Assembly: GCA_964607415.1 (NCBI GenBank)
Contig: CAZSKK010000001.1
Location: 68,190 to 132,189, forward strand
Origin: an uncultured Candidatus Saccharibacteria bacterium
GTDB taxonomy: Bacteria; Patescibacteriota; Dojkabacteria; J137
Direction of reading: 5' to 3'
Length of the DNA stretch: 64,000 bases
Positions within the stretch are counted from its first letter, which is position 1. Each line of letters opens with the position of its first letter. Positions 18,214-28,444 of this stretch are shown here, one piece after another. The translations under genes were made by a program, and so were the position numbers. Below the pieces are notes generated by a model. The model did no database searches. It was given only the letters and a program-made list of their open reading frames with translations, and was not told the origin of the DNA.

Positions 18214-19189
18214 CTTCTCCAATATACTCACCCAATAAAGGTGGTACTGCATTTCCAATCTGTCGATATATAGAACGTAAGTTTCCTTTAAAAATGAAAT
18301 TATCAGGAAAACTTTGAATTCGTGCCACTTCTCTTGCAGTCAAAGGACGATTTTCATAATGACTTACTGTTCTCATTGTATACCAGTTCGTTAAAACTGT
18401 TGGTGTTTGTGCCCTTCTTGATAATTTATAATATTTTTGCGTTTTACCTTCGCCTTCTTTAAGATATAGTTTACTTGAGGGGAAAATATTATTTTTCACA
18501 CCACCTATTCGATTATTTCGAAAATATCTACCTTCAGGAATATATTTGATTCTCTCAATATCAATATCTGTCGGCTTTATAAAGTCGTGATTATATACGG
18601 GTTCTTTAATAGTATTTAAATCACCTATTACATCTTCTAAAGTCAATGGATTTTCGTTAGGTAACTGCAAATCTAAAGATTTATTTAAAGAAGCAATGAA
18701 TATAACTCTTTCTCTCTTCTGACACATACCCAATTTACTACAATCAATAATTTTATGGGTTACATTATACCCAATTGATGAATATAGATCATAAATCTCT
18801 TCTACAATTTTTCCTGAATTAAAGGATAAGATTCCTTTTACATTTTCAAAAACTACATATTTTGGTTTAAATATTTTCGCATATTTAAAAATCTCTAAGA
18901 ATAACTTTCCACGAGGATCGTCAGGATTACGTAATCCTATTGTAGAGAAGGACTGGCAAGGACTTCCACCACATAATATGGTTATTTTCTTTTTGCCGAC
19001 TATTCTTTTAACTTTTCTTATCTCAAGATCAGTTATATCAGAACATAAAACTTCGGCATCAGGATGATTAATTTTGTATGTAGCACAGGCATCTGGATCG
19101 TTGTCTATCGCAAGCAATGGAATAAACCCTGCTTTCATGAGACCGTTACTTAATCCACCTGGACCTGAAAATAAATCGATAAAATACAT
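18194..19189 (-). CDS. dcm: DNA (cytosine-5)-methyltransferase (probable start 19189)
   Basis: IDLFSGPGG, GGSPCQSFS, FENVKG, QKRER, REVARIQSFPD, RQIGNAVPP. Confidence 0.95.
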   Translation of the reverse strand: MYFIDLFSGPGGLSNGLMKAGFIPLLAIDNDPDACATYKINHPDAEVLCSDITDLEIRKVKRIVGKKKITILCGGSPCQSFSTIGLRNPDDPRGKLFLEIFKYAKIFKPKYVVFENVKGILSFNSGKIVEEIYDLYSSIGYNVTHKIIDCSKLGMCQKRERVIFIASLNKSLDLQLPNENPLTLEDVIGDLNTIKEPVYNHDFIKPTDIDIERIKYIPEGRYFRNNRIGGVKNNIFPSSKLYLKEGEGKTQKYYKLSRRAQTPTVLTNWYTMRTVSHYENRPLTAREVARIQSFPDNFIFKGNLRSIYRQIGNAVPPLLGEYIGEVISSAS

Positions 19190-19309
19190 ATTGCATTGTA
19201 CGTAAATAGTATCCGTTAACAGTCTAATATGTTTCCGGTCCAATTGCAAGAATAAAATTAGACATGGAAGAATAAGTGTTATTAGTATGGATTATTCAGA
19301 AATGGAATT

Positions 19310-22300
19310 TTAAGCAATAATTTTTGAAATATCCTCGCTTGAAAGTTTATAAGAAGAAAATATAGAATTATCTATATCATCATTTAATTTGCGAATGTTA
19401 TTTTTTAAAGTTATGAATTCGTTTTGTTTTACACTAAACCAATTCATAAGCTCTTCCTTCTTAGTAAGAGATAAACTGACTTTATTTTTAATAAGTTCTT
19501 TATCAAGTGTATCCCAGGTTATTTCATTTTGAGTCCAGAAATCATTATTTAAGTTTAGTCGGTACTCACTTCTTAGCAAAGCATTAGATTTTTCTTTTAA
19601 CGCTTCTAATCGTTCAGTTTCTTTAATTAATTGTTTTACAAAAATATAAATCTCGGAAGTAAAGACTTTTTCTGAGATAGGCAAGCTTTCTAAGAACTTA
19701 GTTGAAAAGGTATAAAATCCACCTTGAAACAAGGAGCTTGTATTTTTTATATAGAACCATGTAACTTTTGAATTAAGTAATCCAAGTAAATTATAATATT
19801 GCTCTTCTGTCTTATCTTTTAAAACAATTGAATAGACCTTTGTATTATGCAAGAATCTTTTCTCATCAATAGTTGCAGATGGTCGACTTGCAATATAAGG
19901 AGTGATAATCTTTAATTGTTCAAATATACTTAATTCTCTAGGTCTATGAAGCGAATACCATTGTTCGATATTAGTTTTATATCTTTTCTTTTTTACGATC
20001 AATTCATCTTTAAAATTTAAAAAGTAGTTATAGATTAAGGGATATGTACTTTGCATCTCATTTTCTGAAATAAATACTGTTTTCCCATTAATCTCTTTAT
20101 GAGGATAGATAACATAATATTTTGACCTACTTTCTATGTATCTTGAAACATCTTTTCCCTTTAGAATTGGTCTTAATAATGAAGCTTCCAATTTAACATC
20201 CGATTTCAATGCTTCTGAATATCCTTCAAAATAATTACCAGTTATTTTTCCTTCAAGCATAAAAATATCATCTCCCACAGTAACAATTCCTTGATAGATT
20301 CCTTCTACAAGATCCTTTAATTTTTGATTATTAGAAGAAAGCTTATTTAAAATTTCAACATTTACGCCACTACTTACCTCCCACTTTTTATCTGTAAGTT
20401 CTCTTAATGTTTGCAGTTCAAAAATATAATCAGTCTTAGATTGTAATAATAGTGGATCAATATGAATATACTCAAATGATTCTTGTTGAGTTTTACTTAA
20501 AAACAAAAGACAGGTGTAGGTTGTAGCATCTTCAAACACAGAATATCCATCAAAATGAAATAATCTGTTCATTAATTTATTTTTTTGCAGAAACTTTCTA
20601 ACGCCTACGCCATATTCTGAATTCAGAAATTTATGAGGAAGAATAAATCCTACTTTACCTTTATTTTTTATTAAATTACTTGCTAATTCAATAAAAAGTA
20701 CATATATATCGAACTTACCAATTGCTGATTGAAAATTTTTAATATAGTATTCAGTTTCATTTGTATAATTTGTTCGTAATCCTTGTATCTTAACGTAAGG
20801 AGGATTACCAATAACAACATCGAATCCTCCACTATCAAATATCTCTTTAAATTCTTCTTTCCATTTAAATGCTTTCTCACCTGCAACTTGAACATCATCA
20901 ATTAAACTATTCCCACACTTAATATTTTCATCAAGTGTAGTTAGCTCCTTCGATTTATTTGCAGTTTTTAACCAAAGACTTAATTTGGTAATTTGCACAG
21001 ATTCTTCATTAAGATCAACTCCAAATATATTATTGTTAAGAATATGTTTATCTAAATCAAAAATTTCAGCTTGTCCCAATTTAAGTGAAGCAATAGCTTC
21101 ATTCACTACCTGTCCTTCTTTATAGAGATAATCAAATACTTGATTTAAGAATGCACCACTTCCGCAAGCTGGATCTAAAACTTTAATATTTCTAAGTTTT
21201 TCTTTATATGCTTCCCAGAACTTCCTATGCTTCTCAACAGAGTTATTACCTTTATATGTACCTTTCCTAGTTTTAATTGATTTGAAATCTTCATCGGTAA
21301 GTTCACTCAAAGAATCAAAACCTAATTCTTTCTTTCTATCCATTAACCAACCTCCAACTGCTTGATCTACAATGTACCTGGTTATGTATTCTGGCGTGTA
21401 GAATATTCCATCTTTTTTACGTTTACCATTTTTCTTTTCAGTTTGCTCCTCTGTTATTTCAGAACGCATTTCTTCAAGATCTGAAATTGATTGTTCAAAA
21501 ATATGCCCTAGAATATTTACATTTAAGTCAGAATCAAAATCATATTCAGATAATTTAAGAAGTTCTAAAATGATTTCATCTTTAATTACGAGGTTATCTA
21601 ATACTTGATCTTCTTTAAATAAACCTCCATTAAATTTATTAATATTAAGTGGAGGATTTCCTTTATCAATAGAGTGAAATAATCCTTTCGCTTGATCCCA
21701 TACCTTAGTTTCTGATGGAGCAAAGCTTAACTTTGCAGCTTCAAGTAGTTTTCTAAAAATTCCAGCAGGAATTAAGTCTAAATCTTCACAGAAACAAATA
21801 AATATTACTCTATCTAATATCTTTTGAGCTTTTTCAAGAAGAATATCAGCATCAATATTCGGATTATTTGAACTTAAATGATTGAACAAATGATTTCTTG
21901 TTTCCTTATATGTTTTATAGAAGGCTTTTGAGATATCTTGTTCTTTTACAAAACTATCCTTTAGAAGATCATCTATAACTGAATCCCTATCTTTATTAAT
22001 CAGATTTTCTTTAGAGAAAAGAAATAAGAATTTCTTTAAAACATCCTCATTCCCTATTTCAAGTAAATCTATAGATTCGTAGAATCCTTGACCTCTTTCT
22101 TTGCTATATAGTCTAATTTCCTTGAAATTTGAAACTATAGCCCATTTACAACCATCAAATTTGGAAAGGTAGTCAAATGCCTGTTCAACAGGAGATTGTT
22201 CGTTTTTTCTTCCTTTTTGCTTGGCATCAAGATTAGTTTTGGCATCTTTAAGTTCAATAACTACTCTTGTTTGATTGTAAGAAGTGGAGAAAAATCCCAA

Positions 22301-22579
22301 TCCTCCATCTGCCTCTCTTGAATCAACATCAGTTTTAGGCTCAGCAAACATATTCCATTCGCTTCCACCCTCTGACTGTGTTTTATATCCCAAAACTCCT
22401 TCAAATATTTTAATTAAGAATTGTCCTTGTACCCCAGTTTCTTTAGTTTTATCCAAATCGCTTTCCTTTAAAGCAGTTTGCCATTTCGTAAGCGTAGATT
22501 TAAGCAGATCTATATTAGAAATCTCTGAAAGATTTAGTTTATTAGTCTTTTGTTTTAGAAGTCTCTTATTAAATAACAT
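19310..22579 (-). CDS. type IIG restriction-modification enzyme (Eco57I-like; REase + N6-adenine MTase + TRD)
   Basis: ADG...IELK nuclease motif, GIFYTP, VLDPACGSGAF, VIGNPPY, C-terminal TaqI-like TRD. Confidence 0.92.
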   Translation of the reverse strand: MLFNKRLLKQKTNKLNLSEISNIDLLKSTLTKWQTALKESDLDKTKETGVQGQFLIKIFEGVLGYKTQSEGGSEWNMFAEPKTDVDSREADGGLGFFSTSYNQTRVVIELKDAKTNLDAKQKGRKNEQSPVEQAFDYLSKFDGCKWAIVSNFKEIRLYSKERGQGFYESIDLLEIGNEDVLKKFLFLFSKENLINKDRDSVIDDLLKDSFVKEQDISKAFYKTYKETRNHLFNHLSSNNPNIDADILLEKAQKILDRVIFICFCEDLDLIPAGIFRKLLEAAKLSFAPSETKVWDQAKGLFHSIDKGNPPLNINKFNGGLFKEDQVLDNLVIKDEIILELLKLSEYDFDSDLNVNILGHIFEQSISDLEEMRSEITEEQTEKKNGKRKKDGIFYTPEYITRYIVDQAVGGWLMDRKKELGFDSLSELTDEDFKSIKTRKGTYKGNNSVEKHRKFWEAYKEKLRNIKVLDPACGSGAFLNQVFDYLYKEGQVVNEAIASLKLGQAEIFDLDKHILNNNIFGVDLNEESVQITKLSLWLKTANKSKELTTLDENIKCGNSLIDDVQVAGEKAFKWKEEFKEIFDSGGFDVVIGNPPYVKIQGLRTNYTNETEYYIKNFQSAIGKFDIYVLFIELASNLIKNKGKVGFILPHKFLNSEYGVGVRKFLQKNKLMNRLFHFDGYSVFEDATTYTCLLFLSKTQQESFEYIHIDPLLLQSKTDYIFELQTLRELTDKKWEVSSGVNVEILNKLSSNNQKLKDLVEGIYQGIVTVGDDIFMLEGKITGNYFEGYSEALKSDVKLEASLLRPILKGKDVSRYIESRSKYYVIYPHKEINGKTVFISENEMQSTYPLIYNYFLNFKDELIVKKKRYKTNIEQWYSLHRPRELSIFEQLKIITPYIASRPSATIDEKRFLHNTKVYSIVLKDKTEEQYYNLLGLLNSKVTWFYIKNTSSLFQGGFYTFSTKFLESLPISEKVFTSEIYIFVKQLIKETERLEALKEKSNALLRSEYRLNLNNDFWTQNEITWDTLDKELIKNKVSLSLTKKEELMNWFSVKQNEFITLKNNIRKLNDDIDNSIFSSYKLSSEDISKIIA

Positions 22580-22739
22580 TTTATTAATTTTCCGTGGATA
22601 AAACTGAATTGATTATACGATAAATTATTTTACTCTTCTAAGGCAAATTTAAGAAAAAAGCAAAATTTGTATTGCATCACATTGTTTTGATGATCAAAAG
22701 GAGCTAAAAAGAAGTATTAATTATTATATTTTAATATTT

Positions 22740-23126
22740 ATGAATAAATTAGATGGGTGGAAAGATAAATTTGTAGATGAGGAAAACGACTTAATTGTCA
22801 TACTTGCTACTAATGGAGACGATCTAACAGCTTATTCAAGCCAACCAACCTTGTTATATAGCTATAAGAATAAGCTTAAACAATACGAAACCAATATCAA
22901 GGAAAAAGCAAAAGAGAAATGGAATGAGAATAAAGAGACATCAAGACGTTGGGATGAATTTGATGAGGTAATATTTGCTATGTGTGGAAAAGCCATTGAT
23001 TTTCTTACAGCAAGTGAACTTTTTCCATATTTAAGGGAAAAAAGATTTTGGATAGATGAATCATGGAAAACATATAATGGAGAGGACTATGCAGAAATTT
23101 TCAAAAAATACAAAGGAAGTATATAA
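22740..23126 (+). CDS. hypothetical protein
   Basis: 128-aa ORF with AT-rich leader. Confidence 0.6.
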   Translation: MNKLDGWKDKFVDEENDLIVILATNGDDLTAYSSQPTLLYSYKNKLKQYETNIKEKAKEKWNENKETSRRWDEFDEVIFAMCGKAIDFLTASELFPYLREKRFWIDESWKTYNGEDYAEIFKKYKGSI

Positions 23127-23163
23127 AAATTGTATAATTAGTTATTAATTTAGTTCTAATCAT

Positions 23164-23427
23164 ATGAGGACTTTAGGCACATCACCATACGAACAAGCAG
23201 AAGATGCTATGGGAATGAGTGCGTCTTGGTTTAATAGTTTTATAACTTTCTGTTTTAAAACTGCCTTCTGGATTCTCAAAATATTGATAATTCTTATGAT
23301 AGCAATTATTAAACTTCCTCATAAGTTCTATGTTTGGTATAAGAATAGAGAATTTAGAAGAAAACATCCTGAAATGTTTCAAGGATTTGAACCTGTAATT
23401 CCTGAAGTTCCACCATTAGAAGATTGA
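23164..23427 (+). CDS. small membrane protein
   Basis: One hydrophobic segment followed by a basic stretch; convergent overlap with the sortase gene. Confidence 0.5.
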   Translation: MRTLGTSPYEQAEDAMGMSASWFNSFITFCFKTAFWILKILIILMIAIIKLPHKFYVWYKNREFRRKHPEMFQGFEPVIPEVPPLED

Positions 23428-23975
23428 CCTTCAACCTTCTCCCAAACTGTAAATACTCGCTCAGGAGAATCCCAATATTCACATGTATAAAGTAAGATTT
23501 CTGAATCTTTTAGTGGCTTATTGTTATTTCCCATATAAATTTCCTTCACTTTATAAATATACTTTTGTCCCTCCCAATAAATTTCAGCTTCATCTCCAAT
23601 TTTTAGCTTATCTACATTAAACATTGTCTGATGGACATTGTAATCTTCTTGTAAGTAATCAACGCCAAATCTATGAGCTGCAATAACTAATGGGAAATCA
23701 TTTGTATTCAGATTTTGTACCCAACCACCAAAACGGAGATACCCTTCGTTTGTACTTAATTCAAGCTCAACTTCTATAGATGGAATAAGGATTCTATCTA
23801 TTTTAGAAACTTCTGTTTCTTTTACTTCTGTTGGAGCTTGAATAGTCTCATCTTCAAAATCTGGAATTGATGGTGGATTAAGCTTGTTATACAAGCCAAT
23901 TAGCAGCAATACTCCATGAAACATAATGATTATTGCAAAAGCGACTTTAATTTGTTTATCAGTGAATTCGTCCAT
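23379..23975 (-). CDS. sortase
   Basis: N-terminal TM, ILIPSIEV, VIAAHR, LKIGD, LLYTC...ERV catalytic His/Cys/Arg. Confidence 0.85.
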   Translation of the reverse strand: MDEFTDKQIKVAFAIIIMFHGVLLLIGLYNKLNPPSIPDFEDETIQAPTEVKETEVSKIDRILIPSIEVELELSTNEGYLRFGGWVQNLNTNDFPLVIAAHRFGVDYLQEDYNVHQTMFNVDKLKIGDEAEIYWEGQKYIYKVKEIYMGNNNKPLKDSEILLYTCEYWDSPERVFTVWEKVEGQSSNGGTSGITGSNP

Positions 23976-24835
23976 AAGTTAGGATATGTAAAAATAAAAT
24001 GATGATTAATAAATTGCATAATTAAATCAGATCCAATGCTATACAAATTCTCATGCTGTCCTACAGCTCCATAAATGATGTTGCTTGTTCTGGTGAATTT
24101 ATCCCTACTGTAGATCAGATCATTCTCCTGAATATCTGGCTTTTCAATCATTCTCTCCATTGCACTTGAATTTCTTTCAGTAAGGAATAAAACAATTGGA
24201 AAACTTGAATAAACTTCCTGCCATTTCCCATAACTCATATATTCAAAGTACCTCATAAACTTTTCTGTAAGCTTTTTCTTGCCTTCTGTTCCAGTATCGT
24301 ACTCAATGAAAATTTCAAATACTTTGCCACTAATATCTAGTTTGCAATAAGAGTCGGGCTTTAATTCACGTCTTACCTTCTTACCAGTAGGGTAAGAGTA
24401 ATATTCATAAATATGCCTATTATTTTGCTCTCCCTTCCATTCAAGAATTTTAATATCTGGCAAATCTTTCAAACTTCTTACAAATTCAGCATAAAGATTT
24501 GCATTACTTAAAGTGTGTTCTAAGGCAAATAATTGAACTCGACCTTTCTTTTCTGGTATTGAAAGATGCTTAATACTAATATTAAATTCTCGGCTTAAAA
24601 CCTTTCCACCCAAATATTTGAGATAAAAAGCTTTAGAATTGTTCCCATATTGATAAAAGCCTATTAAATTTTCTTTTACACACTGTCTTAAAACTCTACT
24701 TACAGCTTCTCTTGATGTGTAAATTCCTTTTTCAATACACAACAAATTCAACACAGCTAAAGGTGTAAATTTAAAACTTTCAATTATCTTCAAAACTTCT
24801 ATTTTATTTTTTGTTATTTTGTATTTTTCCTTCAT
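23930..24835 (-). CDS. replication-relaxation family (MOBC-like PD-(D/E)xK) relaxase
   Basis: N-terminal wHTH, LEHTL, LKPDSY...FIEYDTGTE...KF..Y; directly downstream of the coupling protein gene. Confidence 0.8.
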   Translation of the reverse strand: MKEKYKITKNKIEVLKIIESFKFTPLAVLNLLCIEKGIYTSREAVSRVLRQCVKENLIGFYQYGNNSKAFYLKYLGGKVLSREFNISIKHLSIPEKKGRVQLFALEHTLSNANLYAEFVRSLKDLPDIKILEWKGEQNNRHIYEYYSYPTGKKVRRELKPDSYCKLDISGKVFEIFIEYDTGTEGKKKLTEKFMRYFEYMSYGKWQEVYSSFPIVLFLTERNSSAMERMIEKPDIQENDLIYSRDKFTRTSNIIYGAVGQHENLYSIGSDLIMQFINHHFIFTYPNLWTNSLINKLKSLLQ

Positions 24836-25114
24836 ATTTTTTTGTATTTAATCTACTTTTTTTGTTCTCTCTCCTCCTCATCTCTCTCCCTCCTCCCTCT
24901 CTCTTACTATCTATATATACTTTCCCTCCCCCTCCTTCCCGACCCTCTTGTCCACCACGTTAGTGGCACATGTATATATCTATATACATTGTCGAGGGAG
25001 AGATTGGGTTTGCTCCTGAAAGGAGGAAACCCAATCTGTCACCGATGGACAAGAGTGAGGAGGGAAGGACTCTTTCGGAATAGTAGATCAAATTTTTAAA
25101 GATCATTTTTGATT

Positions 25115-27748
25115 CTATGGATGTAACTTCGATGTAACCTCTGAATTAATTGGTTTTGCTCCGTTGTTGTACCAATTCAAACGACTTTTTATCTCATTCA
25201 CAATCTCTAATTTTGACTTTCCTAAAGTTTGGTAAGCTTCGTCTATAAAATTTTCAACTGACTCATCATTGAAATTATCATCTCTTTCTTTAGGAACATT
25301 TATTGATAAAACGTCTTCTCCAACCCGAACATAAGAGTGAAATTCTGGGATCTCCATGACTTCATTTTTTAAAACTTTAGTTTGTAAATCATCAGCAATT
25401 TTCTGAGCATCATCTAAACCTGCTCGATAATAAATTCGAGTTTTTACATTACCCGTGACAGCCTCACTTACTTCATCCGGTAACTGTGCAAAAAACTGAT
25501 GAGCTAGTACAAGTTCTAATTTGAATTTTCTAGCTTCACTCAAAGCCACTGCAAAGTCCGAATTAGCAAAGTTTTGAAATTCATCTGCATAAATTACAAA
25601 AGGATGCCTTGCTTCCTGTTCAACACGTTTTGCCTCAAACCATAACTTCGACATTAGCAAAGATCCCAAAAGTTGCATTCCATCCATACCGATATTCTTT
25701 GATGAAAGATTTACTAAAAGTATTCTTGATCTTCTAATACAATCAGAAATCTCAATTGAGTTTTGAGATTGTGAAAATGTATAGAAAAGTGATCCTGTAA
25801 GAATTTGTGAAAGCTTATTATCAAAAGCCTGCCTGATATCAGGCCAAGCTTTGGAACTCTGATAATTCATCAAAGTGTTCTGCCAGAAACTTCTTAAGCT
25901 TTCATACTTAGATAAATCAATTGAAGATAAAATTGCATTCTTAACCTGTTCATTAAAGAACACCTCTTTAATTTCATTCAAAGTTGGAGCAAATTTTTTA
26001 ATTGTATCAATGTTTTGTTCAGTTCTTCCATGCTTATTTAACCATTCATTTTGAAAAACCATCAAAGTCTTCATTGAATTCTTTAACATTGGTTTAGCTG
26101 TTACTCCCATCCCTCCGTCAGGAGTTACACGCTTAATTAGCTTTGCAATAAATTCATAGTTTGAATCTACAAGTAAATCAATTTCTCGTTCACTTAGATC
26201 AACTGCAAAAAGTGGATTGTAACCTAAGAAGTAATCTTCGCTTCTGGTATCCCAAATTAGTACACTTTTGTTGTACGAAAAACTTTTATGAAGTTTATGC
26301 AATACATCCATAAAAAAGTCTTCGTGAGGATCGAGTAAAACTAAACCTCTCTTAATTCCTTTGAATATTCGATTGTCAATGTCTTGCAATACAAAGTTTT
26401 TAAGAATCGTTGATTTTCCTGTACCAGTTTGTCCAGTAACTACCATATGTCTTTTACGATTTTCAGTTATTAAGTAAACAGGTCTTTCTTTATCGTTTAC
26501 TGTATTAATTCCAAGTAAAAGATCATCTTTATTCACTTTTGTTCTGAACTTGTCTTTAGCTGGTACATTTACAAAAACGAATGATTCAATTGCAGGATTT
26601 AGTATTTCTGTTGGAAAGTGGTACATCATTGAAACTTCACGAGAACTTAATGTTGTTTGTGAAGTGAATAACTCTTTATAGAAAGGAAAAAGATCATCTT
26701 CTGGGTAAATGAATCTTTGTTTTAGATCATTTAGCTTATTATAGTTTTTCCTAATCAAGCTATTCAAAGATACACTTTTCATAGTTTCCAACGCTTGATC
26801 GAATTTAGTAATTAATTCCTGATTATCTTTCCCACTTACTGCTACTCGAATATAGGAATAAAAAGGAGTTTTAAATTTTTCGTTCAACTGCTTATTGAAA
26901 TCATCAACTTCCTCAGCTTGAGCTAATACTTTCCTTGGATCTGAGTCTGGAAGGCTTAGAATTGGGTCTAGCGATTGTTTTGAGCCAAATAATTTCATTA
27001 TCTCTCCCATTCCAACAAACAAAGCAATTGGAAGCATAGGTATTAAATACAAAAGATATGTTTCAAATCTTCTAAAGAACATTTGAGTCCATGTAATATC
27101 TGCTTTCTTAACTCTAAAATGTTCTTTAGCTTTTGCAATTGCATGTTTATCTCTTTTGGCAGGAGATAAAACAATTTGAAAGTACATCTTCTCATCTTCG
27201 GCTAACCCACTCATTGCATTAATAATTCCGTCAATTGGATCAACTGCGTCAAAGTCCTTTAAGTCCATTAAAAGATAAACTGGATGCTTTGAAGTCTTGT
27301 ATTCCGAAACTTTAGAATTATATTTAGAAAATGCAATAAGTGGATCATAAGCCAATTCTTCAAATTTGATTCTTTGTTTGTATGTTGTAAACAAACTTTG
27401 CTTAATCAAATTCTGCATCTTTTTTGTTGGAGTCCAAACAATAAACTTTATTCCCTTTTCATCAGAATAAATCTCAAAAGAAACTCTTTGTCTTTTAATT
27501 GCTGCTGTCAAATCATCAAAGAACCTTTGTAAAGCAAATCTCTCACCTCGAAAATTATCTGCATCTAGTGTTTGATATTTTGGTGGAATTATTTGTAACA
27601 AAAATCCGTTCTCCCTTGAAGCTTTATCACGAGCTAAAAATAAACGAATAAAGTATTGAAGGATATATCCAACTGTTATACATACTGATACTATCAGAAT
27701 TAATCTGATAGACGGATTTGTTTGTACAGCAACTAAAAGTTTATCCAT
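25115..27748 (-). CDS. type IV coupling protein (VirD4/TraD-like ATPase)
   Basis: RHMVVTGQTGTGKST, LLDPHED, YADEFQNF, SEARKF...LAHQ...QL; N-terminal TMs. Confidence 0.88.
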   Translation of the reverse strand: MDKLLVAVQTNPSIRLILIVSVCITVGYILQYFIRLFLARDKASRENGFLLQIIPPKYQTLDADNFRGERFALQRFFDDLTAAIKRQRVSFEIYSDEKGIKFIVWTPTKKMQNLIKQSLFTTYKQRIKFEELAYDPLIAFSKYNSKVSEYKTSKHPVYLLMDLKDFDAVDPIDGIINAMSGLAEDEKMYFQIVLSPAKRDKHAIAKAKEHFRVKKADITWTQMFFRRFETYLLYLIPMLPIALFVGMGEIMKLFGSKQSLDPILSLPDSDPRKVLAQAEEVDDFNKQLNEKFKTPFYSYIRVAVSGKDNQELITKFDQALETMKSVSLNSLIRKNYNKLNDLKQRFIYPEDDLFPFYKELFTSQTTLSSREVSMMYHFPTEILNPAIESFVFVNVPAKDKFRTKVNKDDLLLGINTVNDKERPVYLITENRKRHMVVTGQTGTGKSTILKNFVLQDIDNRIFKGIKRGLVLLDPHEDFFMDVLHKLHKSFSYNKSVLIWDTRSEDYFLGYNPLFAVDLSEREIDLLVDSNYEFIAKLIKRVTPDGGMGVTAKPMLKNSMKTLMVFQNEWLNKHGRTEQNIDTIKKFAPTLNEIKEVFFNEQVKNAILSSIDLSKYESLRSFWQNTLMNYQSSKAWPDIRQAFDNKLSQILTGSLFYTFSQSQNSIEISDCIRRSRILLVNLSSKNIGMDGMQLLGSLLMSKLWFEAKRVEQEARHPFVIYADEFQNFANSDFAVALSEARKFKLELVLAHQFFAQLPDEVSEAVTGNVKTRIYYRAGLDDAQKIADDLQTKVLKNEVMEIPEFHSYVRVGEDVLSINVPKERDDNFNDESVENFIDEAYQTLGKSKLEIVNEIKSRLNWYNNGAKPINSEVTSKLHP

Positions 27749-27754
27749 AGAGAT

Positions 27755-28420
27755 TTAAGATTTAAAATTAATATCGTTTGGTTGTGTAAATTCTTCTTTT
27801 TCAATACTTTCAAAAGATTCAACAAAAATAGTATTATCAAAAGCATTCTTTCCTGTTTTAGTCTTGTAAGGTCTAATTTGAAGTTTTCCTAGAACTTTTA
27901 CAAAATCACCTTTCTTAACTTTTGAGTTTTTATCAGCTACATCGCCAATAAAAAGCAAATTGTAGAAAGTTGTATATTCTTGTTCTTTATCGTTCTTGTC
28001 TTTAAATTTATTATCGGAGGCAATAGCAATCTTAAAGTAAGAATTACCTTTTTGAGATTCTTTGACCTCAGGATTAGCAGTTAAATTTCCAACAACAGAA
28101 ATTGAAACTGCATCCTTAGTCTCTTCGTCAGCAATTGGTTTTATATCTTGAACAAAAACAATATGCTTTGCATCTTGTTGGCGGTAAATTCCTGTAGTTT
28201 CGATCAAAGATTTCTCCACCATTCCTTTGATACCATCGAAATTTTGTTCTTCTAAAAAAAGATGAAATGGAATATGTGTTTCTGATTCCACACCTTCTTG
28301 GTTTGTGAAGTGGTAAGTAAAATCAATATCCATTTCTGCATATTGTTTACCTTCAACTGACTCTACGAACACAGGAGCTTGTAACAATCTACCTTTGATT
28401 GTAATTATCTGATTGGACAT
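27755..28420 (-). CDS. SSB-like protein with two OB folds
   Basis: ITIKGRLLQAP and SVVGNLTANPE repeats; KKGDFVKVLGKLQIRPY. Confidence 0.75.
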   Translation of the reverse strand: MSNQIITIKGRLLQAPVFVESVEGKQYAEMDIDFTYHFTNQEGVESETHIPFHLFLEEQNFDGIKGMVEKSLIETTGIYRQQDAKHIVFVQDIKPIADEETKDAVSISVVGNLTANPEVKESQKGNSYFKIAIASDNKFKDKNDKEQEYTTFYNLLFIGDVADKNSKVKKGDFVKVLGKLQIRPYKTKTGKNAFDNTIFVESFESIEKEEFTQPNDINFKS

Positions 28421-28444
28421 AAATAAAAAAATATAAAAAATAAA

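Noticed and set aside
24842-25099. 85-aa + strand ORF
   Set aside because: TTG start and a low-complexity Leu/Ser translation of the polypyrimidine/palindromic tract; better explained as non-coding structure
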